Positions 10,830 to 21,172 of a stretch of 64,000 nt of DNA are shown here, in pieces. The stretch is from a bacterium. Its GTDB lineage: Bacteria > NPL-UPA2 > JAUVJM01. A program made the position numbers and the translations under genes. The stretch is taken from positions 5,369 to 69,368 of the forward strand of contig JAUWGW010000005.1 of NCBI GenBank assembly GCA_030606215.1, read 5' to 3'. Below the pieces are notes generated by a model, which was given only the letters and a program-made list of their open reading frames with translations, did not search any database and was not told the DNA's origin. Each line of letters opens with the position of its first letter. The first letter of the stretch is position 1.

Positions 10830-11105
10830 ATGGGGGTGGTTCTAATGCAGAATGTGCGTAAAATCGCCATCAGCTTACCGAAAGACGATTTTAAAGAGAT
10901 AGAAAAGGTGTGCGCAAGGATGGGCATTGGACGTAGCGCTGTTATTGGCCGGGCCATTCGTTTCTGGTTACAGCAGAGGGAAAAGGCACAAATGATCAAG
11001 TGCTACGAAGATGGCTACAAACGGAAGCCCGAAAGAGTGTTTGATTTGGAGAGCTTTGAGAAGGCGGAACTCGAAGTTTTGGATGCTAAAGAGGATTGGT
11101 CATGA
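10830..11105 (+). CDS. ribbon-helix-helix (CopG/MazE-like) antitoxin
   Basis: 91 aa. KIAISLPKDDFKEIEKVCARMGIGRSAVIGRAIRFWL is an RHH motif. Stop overlaps the toxin start (ATGA). Confidence 0.7.
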   Translation: MGVVLMQNVRKIAISLPKDDFKEIEKVCARMGIGRSAVIGRAIRFWLQQREKAQMIKCYEDGYKRKPERVFDLESFEKAELEVLDAKEDWS

Positions 11106-11416
11106 AGAGGGGAGAGGTCTGGTGGGCAGATATACCCAAACCGATTGGCCGACGGCCGGTTGTCTTGCTTTCTCGAGATGAAGCTTACCGAGTTCGTGAT
11201 GCTGTTACCGTAGCAGAAGTAACTCAGACTATGCGTAACATTCCTGTAGAGGTGCCGCTTACGAAAGAAGATGGCTTGATGAAAAAGTGTGTTGCTAATT
11301 TAGATATGATTATTACTATACGAAAATCACTCCTTGTAGAACGTATATGCCTGTTAAAACAGGAAAAGATAAGCTCCGTAGGCAAAGCCATAAAATTTGC
11401 CTTAGCGTTGGATTAG
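11102..11416 (+). CDS. mazF: MazF/PemK-family endoribonuclease toxin
   Basis: RGEVWWADIPKPIGRRPVVLLSRDEAY...VTVAEVTQTMRNIPVEVPL matches PemK/MazF. Translationally coupled to the RHH gene. Confidence 0.75.
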   Translation: MKRGEVWWADIPKPIGRRPVVLLSRDEAYRVRDAVTVAEVTQTMRNIPVEVPLTKEDGLMKKCVANLDMIITIRKSLLVERICLLKQEKISSVGKAIKFALALD

Positions 11417-11476
11417 ATAAGATCCAGCCTACCTGATTTTTCCACGAAGTCTCCGAGCCGGAGGCGATGGTGACTC

Positions 11477-11505
11477 TTGACATAAGGGATGTCGTATGCT
11501 ATAGT
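11477..11505 (+). promoter_or_regulatory. sigma70-like promoter of rplU-rpmA
   Basis: TTGACA (11477-11482), 17-nt spacer, TATAGT (11500-11505), about 28 nt upstream of the rplU ATG. Confidence 0.5.
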
Positions 11506-11532
11506 TATGCCGTTATTAATGGAGGGGAAACG

Positions 11533-11853
11533 ATGTATGCTGTGGTTGCAACTGGAGGAAAACAGTACAAGGTTTCAGCTGGTGATAGAATCAAAGTGGA
11601 AAAACTTAATGAGCAAACCGGGGAATCCATTGAACTCAGTGAGGTTCTCTTAGTTGTTGATGGCGAGAAGGTAAAAGTGGGACAACCAAAAGTAAAAAAT
11701 GCAAAAGTGGTAGCTCAGGTAATAGGGCATGGACGTGGGAGGAAGAAAATTATTTTCAAGAAGAAGAAAAGGGAGAAATACCGCCGTAAGGCTGGACATC
11801 GTCAGGAATATACAGAACTGGAAATAAAGGAAATTGGTTGTGGAGGTGAGTAG
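11533..11853 (+). CDS. rplU: 50S ribosomal protein L21
   Basis: [25 protein letters not shown] is the L21 N-terminus. The track ORF extends upstream, but the internal ATG at 11533 matches L21 length. Confidence 0.9.
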   Translation: MYAVVATGGKQYKVSAGDRIKVEKLNEQTGESIELSEVLLVVDGEKVKVGQPKVKNAKVVAQVIGHGRGRKKIIFKKKKREKYRRKAGHRQEYTELEIKEIGCGGE

Positions 11854-11855
11854 CA

Positions 11856-12104
11856 ATGGCGCATAAGAAGGGAATGGGAAGTTCCCGGAATGGTCGTGAA
11901 AGCAGGTCACAGAGGTTAGGTGTAAAACGGTTTGGCGGGCAGCTTGTCAGGGCAGGCAATATACTTATAAGGCAGCGTGGCACAAAGTTCGCACCTGGCA
12001 GAAATGTTGGCATTGGCAGTGATGATACCCTATTTGCGAAGGCTGATGGGGTTGTTAAATTTGAGAGTAAGAATGGAAGACCTCGTATTGTGAGTGTTCT
12101 CTGA
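11856..12104 (+). CDS. rpmA: 50S ribosomal protein L27
   Basis: [28 protein letters not shown] signature. Confidence 0.95.
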   Translation: MAHKKGMGSSRNGRESRSQRLGVKRFGGQLVRAGNILIRQRGTKFAPGRNVGIGSDDTLFAKADGVVKFESKNGRPRIVSVL

Positions 12105-12210
12105 TTCAGACAGCAGAGGTTAGCATGGGAGACATCCTACGTAGTAATTTTCCAAAGCCCTCCGCAGGATGTCTCCCATACTAAGGCACATGACAGCCCA
12201 GTGTCTGAAT
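12104..12210 (+). other. nested inverted-repeat element filling the rpmA-obg spacer: 9-bp outer and perfect 14-bp inner stem
   Basis: ATGGGAGACATCCT (12125-12138) pairs perfectly with AGGATGTCTCCCAT (12166-12179) across a 27-nt loop. It is enclosed by ATTCAGACA (12104-12112) and TGTCTGAAT (12202-12210). No U-tract follows. Confidence 0.6.
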
Positions 12211-12220
12211 CGCAGTGTGA

Positions 12221-13207
12221 GTGTTGATGTTTGTTGACAGAGCGAAAATCTGTGTAAAAGCTGGAGATGGCGGAGATGGTTGTGTAAGTTTCCGTCGTGA
12301 GAAGTTTGTCCCGAGAGGTGGACCGGATGGAGGGAACGGAGGCAGCGGTGGTGATGTGGTATTGGAAACGGATAGTAAGCTGCAGACCCTGGCTGATTTT
12401 CGCTATTTAACCCATTTCACATCTCAATCCGGCGCATATGGAAGTGGTAAGAGTAAGAAGGGTAAAGATGGGGAGACGCTGGTAATCAGGATTCCGCCTG
12501 GGACTGTGGTATCTGATGCGGCGACAGGAGAGGTTTTAGTTGACCTGGTTGAGGGTGGAAGTAGAGTAATAGTTGCAAAAGGTGGAGATGGAGGGCGCGG
12601 AAATGTTAGTATGAAGAGTTCCACCAATAGAGCTCCACGCATCCGGGAGAGAGGACATGCAGGCGGGGAAAGAAGTCTCAATCTGGAACTGAGAATAATT
12701 GCGGATGTTGGAGTAATTGGGTGTCCAAATGCAGGGAAGTCAACCTTAATAGCCTACCTTTCAAACGCGAGACCGAAAATTGCAGATTATCCTTTCACTA
12801 CGCTCAAACCTACTCTCGGGATAGTTGAATATGAACCTTTCAAGAGATTCATCATAGCTGAGATTCCAGGATTGGTGAAGGGCGCCCATCATGGGAAAGG
12901 GCTTGGTGATGAGTTCTTGCGTCATGTTAAACGGACGAGACTGCTCATTCATCTGGTTGATTTGAGCAAAAACCCTTACGAAGATTATATGACGGTGAAT
13001 GAGGAGTTAAAACTGTATGATTCTGAGTTGATTAAAAAATCGCGGATTGTTGCGGCAAATAAGATAGATTTGCCAGAGGCTGAAGAAAATTTCAGGGAGT
13101 TAGTTCACAAGTTGGGAAGGGATTCAGTGCTTGCAGTTTCTGCCTTAAAGGGGACAGGGCTAAGTGAACTTGTGAACACTGTTGGAGATTTACTCACACA
13201 GGTGTAA
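12221..13207 (+). CDS. obg: GTPase Obg/CgtA
   Basis: Gly-rich Obg fold (GDGGDGCVSFRREKFVPRGGPDGGNGGSGG) plus a GCPNAGKST G1 motif. Confidence 0.95.
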   Translation: MLMFVDRAKICVKAGDGGDGCVSFRREKFVPRGGPDGGNGGSGGDVVLETDSKLQTLADFRYLTHFTSQSGAYGSGKSKKGKDGETLVIRIPPGTVVSDAATGEVLVDLVEGGSRVIVAKGGDGGRGNVSMKSSTNRAPRIRERGHAGGERSLNLELRIIADVGVIGCPNAGKSTLIAYLSNARPKIADYPFTTLKPTLGIVEYEPFKRFIIAEIPGLVKGAHHGKGLGDEFLRHVKRTRLLIHLVDLSKNPYEDYMTVNEELKLYDSELIKKSRIVAANKIDLPEAEENFRELVHKLGRDSVLAVSALKGTGLSELVNTVGDLLTQV

Positions 13208-14322
13208 TGGAACGGAAACAATTATTCTCTAATGTCCGGCGTTTAGTCGTAAAAGTAGGGACAAATGTTCTTACCACGGAAGAAGGGAACCTTGATAGAA
13301 AGCAAATTGAGAATTTATCGGCTGATGTTTCAGAGTTTGTGAAGGCAAAGCTGGAAGTAGTGCTGGTCAGTTCAGGAGCAATTACAGCAGGAAAAGCAAG
13401 TCTTGGATTGAAAGCGAGACCTAAGACAATTCCGGAGGAACAGGCTGCGGCGGCTATCGGACAGACGAGACTCATGCATTTATACAGTGAGTGTTTCGGT
13501 AGAAATGGGCTCTGTGTAGGTCAGGTTTTGCTTACGCAGGCTGATTTGCGCGACAGAAGACGGTATCTCAATGCACGCAATACCATCCTCACTCTTTTGC
13601 GAGCCGGAGTAATTCCTATTGTGAATGAGAACGATACAGTTGCTGTGGATGAACTCTACTTTGGAGAAAGATTCGGCGATAATGATACGCTGTCTGCCCT
13701 TGTGACAAATCTGATTGAGGCTGGATTACTGATTATTCTTACGGATGTAGATGGGCTTCTTTCAGATGAAGGATTAATTGAGGAAGTTCGGAAGGTTTCC
13801 CCTGCAATTGAATCATACGCGAAGAAGACTAAAGGTGATTTTGGAAAGGGGGGTATGGCAAGCAAGATTAAAGCGGCAAAAATAGTAACTGAGTCGGGGG
13901 AGAAAGTTGTCATTGCAAATGGAGGAGCGCCTCAAGTGCTGCGCAGAGTTCTGGATGGTGATAATGTTGGGACTCTCTTTCTGCCGGGAAAAGAGAGAAT
14001 AGGCGGGAAAAAACGCTGGATTGCTTTCACACTGCAGACGCGTGGAAATCTAACAGTTGATGAAGGAGCAAAGGATGCTTTAAAGGTGGGAAAGAGTCTA
14101 TTGCCGAGCGGGATAAAGGAGATAGATGGAAAATTCCAGACAGGAGATGCAGTCAGTATAAGAGATGAAGCGGGAAGAGAGTTTGCGCGTGGGCTTATCA
14201 ACTATTCATCTGAAGAAGCGGGAAAAATAATTGGGGTGAAATCAGGAGAAATTGAAGCCATTCTTGGGTATAAATCTTATGATGAAGTTATTCACAGAGA
14301 TAATCTCGTTATCCTTTCTTAG
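13207..14322 (+). CDS. proB: glutamate 5-kinase with C-terminal PUA domain
   Basis: LVVKVGTNVLT... amino-acid kinase domain plus PUA. Adjacent to proA. Confidence 0.95.
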   Translation: MERKQLFSNVRRLVVKVGTNVLTTEEGNLDRKQIENLSADVSEFVKAKLEVVLVSSGAITAGKASLGLKARPKTIPEEQAAAAIGQTRLMHLYSECFGRNGLCVGQVLLTQADLRDRRRYLNARNTILTLLRAGVIPIVNENDTVAVDELYFGERFGDNDTLSALVTNLIEAGLLIILTDVDGLLSDEGLIEEVRKVSPAIESYAKKTKGDFGKGGMASKIKAAKIVTESGEKVVIANGGAPQVLRRVLDGDNVGTLFLPGKERIGGKKRWIAFTLQTRGNLTVDEGAKDALKVGKSLLPSGIKEIDGKFQTGDAVSIRDEAGREFARGLINYSSEEAGKIIGVKSGEIEAILGYKSYDEVIHRDNLVILS

Positions 14323-14331
14323 AGGGGTTTT

Positions 14332-15579
14332 ATGAGAGAAGTGGAATTGATGGGGAAAAGGGCGAAGGCTGCGAGCAGGAAACTGGCTGCTCTTGGAACA
14401 AATGTGAAGAATTCTGCTCTTGAGGCAATGGCGTCTTCACTGAAAGATTCCCGCGATAGGATTATGGAAGCTAACAAGCGGGATATTGAGAAGTCAAAGA
14501 AAAAGGGGCTTTCCCGGGCTTTCATTGACAGACTCACCATAACCCCTTCCCGTTTTGAGGATATGGTTGACTCTATTTTGCATATTGCTAAGTTGCCTGA
14601 CCCTGTTGGAGGGGTTATCCGAATGTGGCGGAGACCAAACGGACTTGAGATTAGTAAGGTCAGAGTTCCAATAGGAGTAATTGGCATTATTTATGAAGCG
14701 CGTCCCAATGTAAGTGTTGATGCAAGTTGTCTCTGTCTTAAATCCGGCAATAGTGTCCTCCTGCGAGGGGGGACTGATGCAATAAACTCAAATCTGACAA
14801 TTGTTGATGTGTTGAGTAAAGCCGCAATCTGTGCTGGAATCCCTGGCGGAAGTTTGCAATTGATTAAAGATACATCTCATAGAGCAGTTGAGGTGCTTCT
14901 TCGGCTGGATAAATATGTTGATTTGATTATTCCAAGAGGAGGAGAGAACCTGATACGGGTAGTGACAGAGAAATCTAAAATACCTGTGATAAAGCATTAT
15001 AAGGGAGTCTGTCATGTTTATGTAGACAGCGAGGCGGATTTAAAGATTGCCCAGGAAGTGTGTTTCAATGCAAAGGTTCAACGCCCCGGTGTCTGTAATG
15101 CAATGGAGACAATGCTTGTCCATAAGAAATTGGTAAGGAAGTTTCTTAAACCAATGTTCGGAAGATTTAAGACTGCAGGAGTGGAAATCAGAGGATGTCC
15201 TGAGGTAAGGAGGATTGTGCCTGCGGTCAAAAGAGCCACTGAGAAAGATTGGAGCACCGAATATCTTGACCTCATTCTTTCAGTGAAAGTTGTATCAAGT
15301 CTTGAGGAGGCAATGAATCATATCAACACCTATGGCTCAGGGCATTCTGATGCAATAATTACAACTAACTTAAACAGTGCGAGGAGATTTCTCGCAGAAG
15401 TTGATTCTGCCTGTGTTTATGTAAATGCTTCCACTCGTTTTACGGATGGCGGCGAATTCGGGATGGGAGCTGAGATAGGAATCAGCACAGACAAGTTTCA
15501 TGCACGGGGTCCGATGGGGCTTGAAGAGTTGACCACATATAAATATATTGTTTATGGAGACGGGCAGATAAGAGAGTGA
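14332..15579 (+). CDS. proA: gamma-glutamyl phosphate reductase
   Basis: 415-aa ALDH-superfamily protein with ProA motifs. Confidence 0.95.
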   Translation: MREVELMGKRAKAASRKLAALGTNVKNSALEAMASSLKDSRDRIMEANKRDIEKSKKKGLSRAFIDRLTITPSRFEDMVDSILHIAKLPDPVGGVIRMWRRPNGLEISKVRVPIGVIGIIYEARPNVSVDASCLCLKSGNSVLLRGGTDAINSNLTIVDVLSKAAICAGIPGGSLQLIKDTSHRAVEVLLRLDKYVDLIIPRGGENLIRVVTEKSKIPVIKHYKGVCHVYVDSEADLKIAQEVCFNAKVQRPGVCNAMETMLVHKKLVRKFLKPMFGRFKTAGVEIRGCPEVRRIVPAVKRATEKDWSTEYLDLILSVKVVSSLEEAMNHINTYGSGHSDAIITTNLNSARRFLAEVDSACVYVNASTRFTDGGEFGMGAEIGISTDKFHARGPMGLEELTTYKYIVYGDGQIRE

Positions 15580-16148
15580 AAATAGGTATAATTGGCGGGA
15601 CGTTTAATCCCATTCACTATGGGCATCTTTTTATTGCATCTCAGGCGAGGGAGTCTTTCAACCTTGATAAAGTAATTTTCGTTCCGTGCAGCCAGCCTCC
15701 GCACAAAGGTGAAATGAATCTTGCAGATGCAGAGCGGCGTTTGCGAATGACCGAACTTGCAATTGAATCCAATCCAGATTTTGTTGTATCTTCAATAGAA
15801 CTTAAGAGAGGTGGAAAATCATATTCAGTAGAAACAGTGGCAGAATTTCAGAAAAAATATGGTGAGGAAACCGAGATATATTTTATTATTGGTATGGATA
15901 GTTTCAGGGAACTTTCCACGTGGAAGGATATTGATGAGCTTCTGAAGAAGTGTCAGTTCATTGTAGCACCAAGACCCGGGTGGGATGGAGAGGAAGGGAC
16001 GGAGAGCGGCTTTCATTTTATGGAAATTCCCGGATTTGAAATCTCATCAGCAGACATCAGGGATAGAGTCAGAGGCGGATGCTCTATAAAGTATTTACTG
16101 CCGGAGGTGGTGGAAAATTATATCATTGAGCACGGATTGTATAAGTAA
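15576..16148 (+). CDS. nadD: nicotinate-nucleotide adenylyltransferase
   Basis: IGIIGGTFNPIHYGHL (H/T)xGH motif. Confidence 0.9.
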   Translation: MKIGIIGGTFNPIHYGHLFIASQARESFNLDKVIFVPCSQPPHKGEMNLADAERRLRMTELAIESNPDFVVSSIELKRGGKSYSVETVAEFQKKYGEETEIYFIIGMDSFRELSTWKDIDELLKKCQFIVAPRPGWDGEEGTESGFHFMEIPGFEISSADIRDRVRGGCSIKYLLPEVVENYIIEHGLYK

Positions 16149-16178
16149 ATTGCAAGAGTTTAAATATAAGAGTGACTA

Positions 16179-16529
16179 ATGATTGATGCTAAGGAAAAAG
16201 CTCTTCTTGGAACATCGATAGCTTCTCAGAAGAAAGCCAGCGACATAATTTTACTGGATATGAGGAGAGTGGTTAGTTTTACAGATTATTTTTTGATATG
16301 CAGCGGTGAGACTGACATTCAGATTCGCGCAATTGCCGACGCTATTGTAGGGGAGATGAAAAAAAAGAAGATAAAGGTCTGGCATGTTGAGGGTTATGAA
16401 GAAGCAAAGTGGGTGTTACTGGACTATTGGGATGTAGTTATCCATATTTTTCATCCGGAGATTCGCAAGTTCTATCAGCTTGAGAAATTATGGGCTGATG
16501 CAGAGGTTCTGGAAGGGGAGAAAGAGTGA
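16179..16529 (+). CDS. rsfS: ribosome silencing factor RsfS (Iojap)
   Basis: 116 aa Iojap-like (ILLDMRRVVSFTDYFLICSG). Follows nadD as usual. Confidence 0.9.
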   Translation: MIDAKEKALLGTSIASQKKASDIILLDMRRVVSFTDYFLICSGETDIQIRAIADAIVGEMKKKKIKVWHVEGYEEAKWVLLDYWDVVIHIFHPEIRKFYQLEKLWADAEVLEGEKE

Positions 16530-18187
16530 CAAGAAGTACAAAGCAAGTTATCGGGCAGTTCCTGACAGAAGCTGTTGAAGAAGCAAGAAAAAAACTGGAT
16601 ATGGATGTAATTCCTCCGATATATTTTGAGCTCCCGAAGGAGAAAAGTCACGGGGATATCTCCTCAAATATTTCTTTCCTGATTGCAAGCAAGTTGGGAA
16701 TTCCTTCCACAAAGGTGGCTGATACAATCCTTGAGAATCTCGTCTCAAAGATTCAACAGAGCCCATTATTTAACAAGGTTGAGGCTGCCGGGGGCGGCTT
16801 TATCAATTTTTTTCTGAATCCCGGGGCTTTCTATCCGGTTCTTTTACAGATTGATGAAGAAGGGGAGAAATATGGTTGTTCAGATGTTGGCGGCGGTAGA
16901 AAAGTCCTTGTAGAATTTGTCAGTGCCAATCCTACAGGACCGCTTCACATAGGGCATGCGCGAAATGCAGCGGTAGGGGATGTGCTCGCTAACATACTGA
17001 GAGCTTGTGGATTTGATGTAAATAGGGAATACTATCTGAATGATGTTGGAAGTCAGGTTGAGGCTCTGGGTAAATCCCTCAAGTCTCGTTACATGCAGTT
17101 ATTGGGAGAGCGAGAAGTAGATGTTGAATATAAAGGGGAATATCTGGTTGAACTCTCAAGGGAATTGTTTGAGAAAGGCGAGAGGCAATATAAAGATCGT
17201 GGTGTAGAATTTTTCGCAAATTATGCTGTGAAGAGAATCCGGGAAGGGATAGAAAAAGACCTTGAAGATTTTGGAGTTTTTTTTGACTGCTGGTTCAGTG
17301 AAGAGAATCTGCACAGCTCAGGCAGCATAAGGAAAGCGGTAAGTCTGCTTGAGGAGAAAGGGCTTGTGGAGTTTAGGGAAGGAGCTAAGTGGCTCAAATC
17401 AACTGAGTTTGCAGATGAGAAAGATAGAGTCGTCATCAGAAGTGATGGTTCCCCTACATATCTTGCGGCAGATATTGCTTATCACTACCGCAAATTCAAT
17501 GACGGGTCTGATAGACTCATAAATGTATGGGGTGCTGACCACCACGGGTACATCCCGCGTCTCAAAGCAGTTATTGAGGGGCTGGGGTTCTCTCCTGACG
17601 CACTTGATATAGTTCTTATACAACTTGTTAAACTCCGTCGTAGCGGGAAGCCTGTGTCAATGTCTACAAGGGCGGGGGAGTTTGTAACTCTTCGGGAGGT
17701 AATTGATGAAGTTGGTAAGGATAGTATGCGGTTTTTTATGCTGATGCGGAGGAGTAACGCTCAGCTTGATTTTGACCTTGAATTGGCAAAAAGGCAGTCA
17801 ATGGAAAACCCGGTATACTATGTTCAGTATGCTCATGCGAGGATATGCAGTCTCCTTTCATTTGCGGATGAAAATGGTCTAAGGTTGAGGAAAGCTAAGG
17901 ATGTTCAATGTGAGTTATTGAGAGAAAAAGAGGAGCTTGATTTGATTAAGGTTTTAAGTTTTTTCCCTGAAGTAGTTGAGGGAAGCGCAAGAAGTCTTGA
18001 ACCACACAGGTTGACCGGATACTTACAGCGTCTTGCCTCAAGTTTCCATAACTTTTATGACAGGTTGAGAGTTGTGGGTGAGGAAGAAGAAAAGGCACTT
18101 GCACGGTTGGCTCTTGTTAAGGCGGCGCAGATAACTTTACAGAATGGTTTGCGCCTCCTGGGGATTTCCGCCCCGGAAAAAATGTAG
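16526..18187 (+). CDS. argS: arginine--tRNA ligase
   Basis: FVSANPTGPLHIGHARNA (HIGH motif) and an ArgRS anticodon-binding C-terminus. Confidence 0.95.
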   Translation: MTRSTKQVIGQFLTEAVEEARKKLDMDVIPPIYFELPKEKSHGDISSNISFLIASKLGIPSTKVADTILENLVSKIQQSPLFNKVEAAGGGFINFFLNPGAFYPVLLQIDEEGEKYGCSDVGGGRKVLVEFVSANPTGPLHIGHARNAAVGDVLANILRACGFDVNREYYLNDVGSQVEALGKSLKSRYMQLLGEREVDVEYKGEYLVELSRELFEKGERQYKDRGVEFFANYAVKRIREGIEKDLEDFGVFFDCWFSEENLHSSGSIRKAVSLLEEKGLVEFREGAKWLKSTEFADEKDRVVIRSDGSPTYLAADIAYHYRKFNDGSDRLINVWGADHHGYIPRLKAVIEGLGFSPDALDIVLIQLVKLRRSGKPVSMSTRAGEFVTLREVIDEVGKDSMRFFMLMRRSNAQLDFDLELAKRQSMENPVYYVQYAHARICSLLSFADENGLRLRKAKDVQCELLREKEELDLIKVLSFFPEVVEGSARSLEPHRLTGYLQRLASSFHNFYDRLRVVGEEEEKALARLALVKAAQITLQNGLRLLGISAPEKM

Positions 18188-18204
18188 AGAAAGAGAGAGG
18201 TATC

Positions 18205-18840
18205 TTGCAGGTAATACGACTTGGTCTTGTTGATTATAATACTGCCTATTCCATGCAGAAGGAACTCGTGGCTAAAAGAATACGAGGGGAGGTTCCTGAT
18301 ACTTTAATTCTTTTGGAGCATGGGCCTGTTTTCACTGTGGGGCGCAGTGGTAGTTCAGGCAGTATCCTTATCACGGAAGAGAAGTGTTTGAAAGAGAAAA
18401 TTGCTGTTTTCAAGGTAGACCGCGGAGGTGATGTTACCTACCATGGGCCGGGACAGCTTGTAGGTTATCCCATTCTTGATTTGAGTGGATATGGTAAGGA
18501 TATTCACAAATTTTTGCGCTTGCTTGAAGAGGTCATAATAAGAGTGCTGGCTGAGTATGGGTTGAAAGCTTTGAGACTCTCAGGACTTACTGGAGTCTGG
18601 GTTGGGCAGAAGAAGATAGCCTCTATTGGCGTTGGTGTCAGAAAATGGGTGAGTTTTCACGGTTTCAGTTTGAACGTAGCACCTTTTATGAGGCATTTTT
18701 CATTTATCAATCCCTGTGGATTGGGTGATGGCAGGATGACTTCAATGAAGGAACTTTTAGGGTATAATTTGCCTGTTGAAGATGTGCGGGAAAAAGTAGT
18801 CAAAAGTTTCAGTGAGGTTTTTGAGGCAGCTGAAGGCTGA
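18205..18840 (+). CDS. lipB: octanoyltransferase LipB
   Basis: 211 aa BPL/LPL catalytic domain; MQKELVAKRIRGEVPDTLILLEHGPVFTVGRSG. Confidence 0.9.
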   Translation: MQVIRLGLVDYNTAYSMQKELVAKRIRGEVPDTLILLEHGPVFTVGRSGSSGSILITEEKCLKEKIAVFKVDRGGDVTYHGPGQLVGYPILDLSGYGKDIHKFLRLLEEVIIRVLAEYGLKALRLSGLTGVWVGQKKIASIGVGVRKWVSFHGFSLNVAPFMRHFSFINPCGLGDGRMTSMKELLGYNLPVEDVREKVVKSFSEVFEAAEG

Positions 18841-18863
18841 AAGCATGCAGTAGGGGGTATAGT

Positions 18864-20042
18864 ATGCGCAAGAAAATTGAATCTGAGAGGATATTGCGTC
18901 TTCCACCGTATATGTTTGCAAAGATAAATGATGCAAGACTTAAAGCAAGGCGAAAAGGGGTGGATGTGATTGACCTCGGGATGGGAAATCCGGACCGCCC
19001 TCCTTCACCACACATAATTGAAAAACTCTGTCAGGTAGCGCATGACCCAAAAGCGCATAGATACTCTGCTTCCAGGGGGATTCCTCATCTGCGTAAGGCT
19101 ATTTGCAGATGGTATCAGAAACGATTTGATGTGAAGCTTGACCCTGAGAAGGAAGCTATAGTTACAATTGGGTCAAAAGAGGGGATATCGCATCTCGCAC
19201 TCGCCGTTCTTAATAGAGGGGATATAGTTCTTGTTCAGGACCCAACATATCCGGCTTATCTTTACAGTGTTGCAATTGCGGGGGGTGATGTTGCAAGTCT
19301 TCCCGTAACTGAAGAGAATAATTATATTCCGGATCTGGAAGGAGTCATTGGAAAGATATATCCAAAACCAAAGATACTAATTCTGAGTTATCCTCATAAT
19401 CCTACGGCTCAGGTTGTAGATTTAGAATTTTTTGAAAGGGTGGTTCATTTTGCTAAGAAGGAAGATATTTTAATTGTCCATGACCTTGCCTATTCGGAGA
19501 TATGTTTTGACGGCTACACCGCTCCAAGTTTTCTTCAGGTGAAAGGAGCTAAAAGTGTCGGGATTGAATTTTACAGCATGTCAAAAACTTACTCGATGGC
19601 TGGATGGAGAGTAGGGTTTGCTGTCGGAAATCGCAATATTATACGGGCTCTTGAAAAAATAAAGGGGTATTATGACTACGGGATATTTACACCTATACAG
19701 GTAGCTTCAATCATTGCGCTTGACTCATCCCAGGATTGTGTTCGCGAGACCTGTGATATTTACAGGCGAAGAAGAGATGTTCTTGTAAGAGGGCTGAATA
19801 GAATCGGGTGGAAAGTTTCTTCTCCAAGGGCTACAATGTATCTCTGGGTTCCTATACCGGAGAAGTTTAAGAAAATGAAATCACTGAAGTTTGCATCGTT
19901 CCTTCTTGAGAAGGCAGAGGTAGCGGTTGCTCCGGGTATAGGTTTTGGAGCATATGGGGAAGGTTACCTCAGGTTTGCTCTTGTTGAAAATGAACACAGG
20001 CTCAGACAGGCAGTAAGGGGGATAAAGAAAGCGCTGCAATAA
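18864..20042 (+). CDS. class I/II PLP-dependent aminotransferase (AspC-like)
   Basis: YSMSKTYSMAGWRVGFAVGN PLP-lysine region; 392 aa. Confidence 0.85.
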   Translation: MRKKIESERILRLPPYMFAKINDARLKARRKGVDVIDLGMGNPDRPPSPHIIEKLCQVAHDPKAHRYSASRGIPHLRKAICRWYQKRFDVKLDPEKEAIVTIGSKEGISHLALAVLNRGDIVLVQDPTYPAYLYSVAIAGGDVASLPVTEENNYIPDLEGVIGKIYPKPKILILSYPHNPTAQVVDLEFFERVVHFAKKEDILIVHDLAYSEICFDGYTAPSFLQVKGAKSVGIEFYSMSKTYSMAGWRVGFAVGNRNIIRALEKIKGYYDYGIFTPIQVASIIALDSSQDCVRETCDIYRRRRDVLVRGLNRIGWKVSSPRATMYLWVPIPEKFKKMKSLKFASFLLEKAEVAVAPGIGFGAYGEGYLRFALVENEHRLRQAVRGIKKALQ

Positions 20043-21110
20043 GTGTTTGTTACTACTATGGGTGTAATTGATAAATACAGGGAATATTTACCGGTAAGCG
20101 ATAAGACTCCTGTTATCACTCTTCAGGAAGGTAACACTCCTCTTATAAAGGCGGAGAATTTAGCAGGTGAAATCGGGATAGATTCAGAAATTTTCCTCAA
20201 ATTTGAGGGGACGAATCCCACGGGTTCATTCAAGGATAGAGGTATGACCGTAGCTGTTTCAAAGGCAAAGGAAAAGGGCGCAAAAGCGATAATGTGCGCT
20301 TCCACCGGTAATACTTCTGCTTCAGCGGCTGCCTATGCCGCTCGCGGCGGGCTTGATTGTTTTGTTCTGGTCCCTTCGGGTAATATTGCACTCGGCAAAC
20401 TGTCTCAGGCTCTTATCTATGGTGCGAAAGTTATTGCAATTGAGGGAAACTTTGATGATGCTCTTACGCTTGTCAGAGAAATCACTTCTCGCTTCCCGAT
20501 AGTTCTTGTTAATTCTCTTAATCCGGATAGGATAGAAGGTCAGAAAACTGGTGCATTTGAGATATGCGACGAGCTCGGTGATGTTCCCGAATACCATTTC
20601 ATACCTGTGGGTAATGCGGGGAATATAACCGCTTACTGGAAAGGATACACGGAATATAAAGCAGCCGGCAAAATAACCAGTCTGCCAAAGATGCTTGGTT
20701 TCCAGGCTGAGGGAGCCGCTCCAATTGTGCGCGGCTTTCCGATAAAAAATCCGGAGACTATTGCTACTGCTATAAGAATTGGGAATCCCGCAAGCTGGAA
20801 GAAAGCTGAAGCAGCGGCTCAGGAGTCAGGCGGGTTGATTGATTATGTAAGCGATGAGGAGATACTGTCCGCTTACAGGAGCTTAGCTCATTTTGAAGGG
20901 ATATTTGTAGAACCTGCTTCTGCGGCATCAGTTGCTGGAGTTGTTAAGTTGAATAAAAAAGGTTACTTTGGAAATGGCAAAAAGCGTATTGTATGCGTCC
21001 TCACGGGGCATGGACTAAAAGACCCTGACAGGGCTGTGAAGATAGTTGGTGAACCTGCTGCAATCCCTGCAACAATGGAAGCAGTCCTTGAAGCAATGGG
21101 CATGTCATAA
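20043..21110 (+). CDS. thrC: threonine synthase
   Basis: [20 protein letters not shown]-lysine motif; 355-aa short-form ThrC. Confidence 0.9.
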   Translation: MFVTTMGVIDKYREYLPVSDKTPVITLQEGNTPLIKAENLAGEIGIDSEIFLKFEGTNPTGSFKDRGMTVAVSKAKEKGAKAIMCASTGNTSASAAAYAARGGLDCFVLVPSGNIALGKLSQALIYGAKVIAIEGNFDDALTLVREITSRFPIVLVNSLNPDRIEGQKTGAFEICDELGDVPEYHFIPVGNAGNITAYWKGYTEYKAAGKITSLPKMLGFQAEGAAPIVRGFPIKNPETIATAIRIGNPASWKKAEAAAQESGGLIDYVSDEEILSAYRSLAHFEGIFVEPASAASVAGVVKLNKKGYFGNGKKRIVCVLTGHGLKDPDRAVKIVGEPAAIPATMEAVLEAMGMS

Positions 21111-21172
21111 AAACAACGGATTTATATTGATATCTCTTCTTATTAAGACATTTTCAAATTTGTAATAAAGAC

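Noticed and set aside
10505-10999. 164-aa minus-strand ORF across the URO-D remnant, promoter and RHH gene
   Set aside because: Antisense to the supported plus-strand RHH gene and to the duplicated remnant. Product has no recognisable features.
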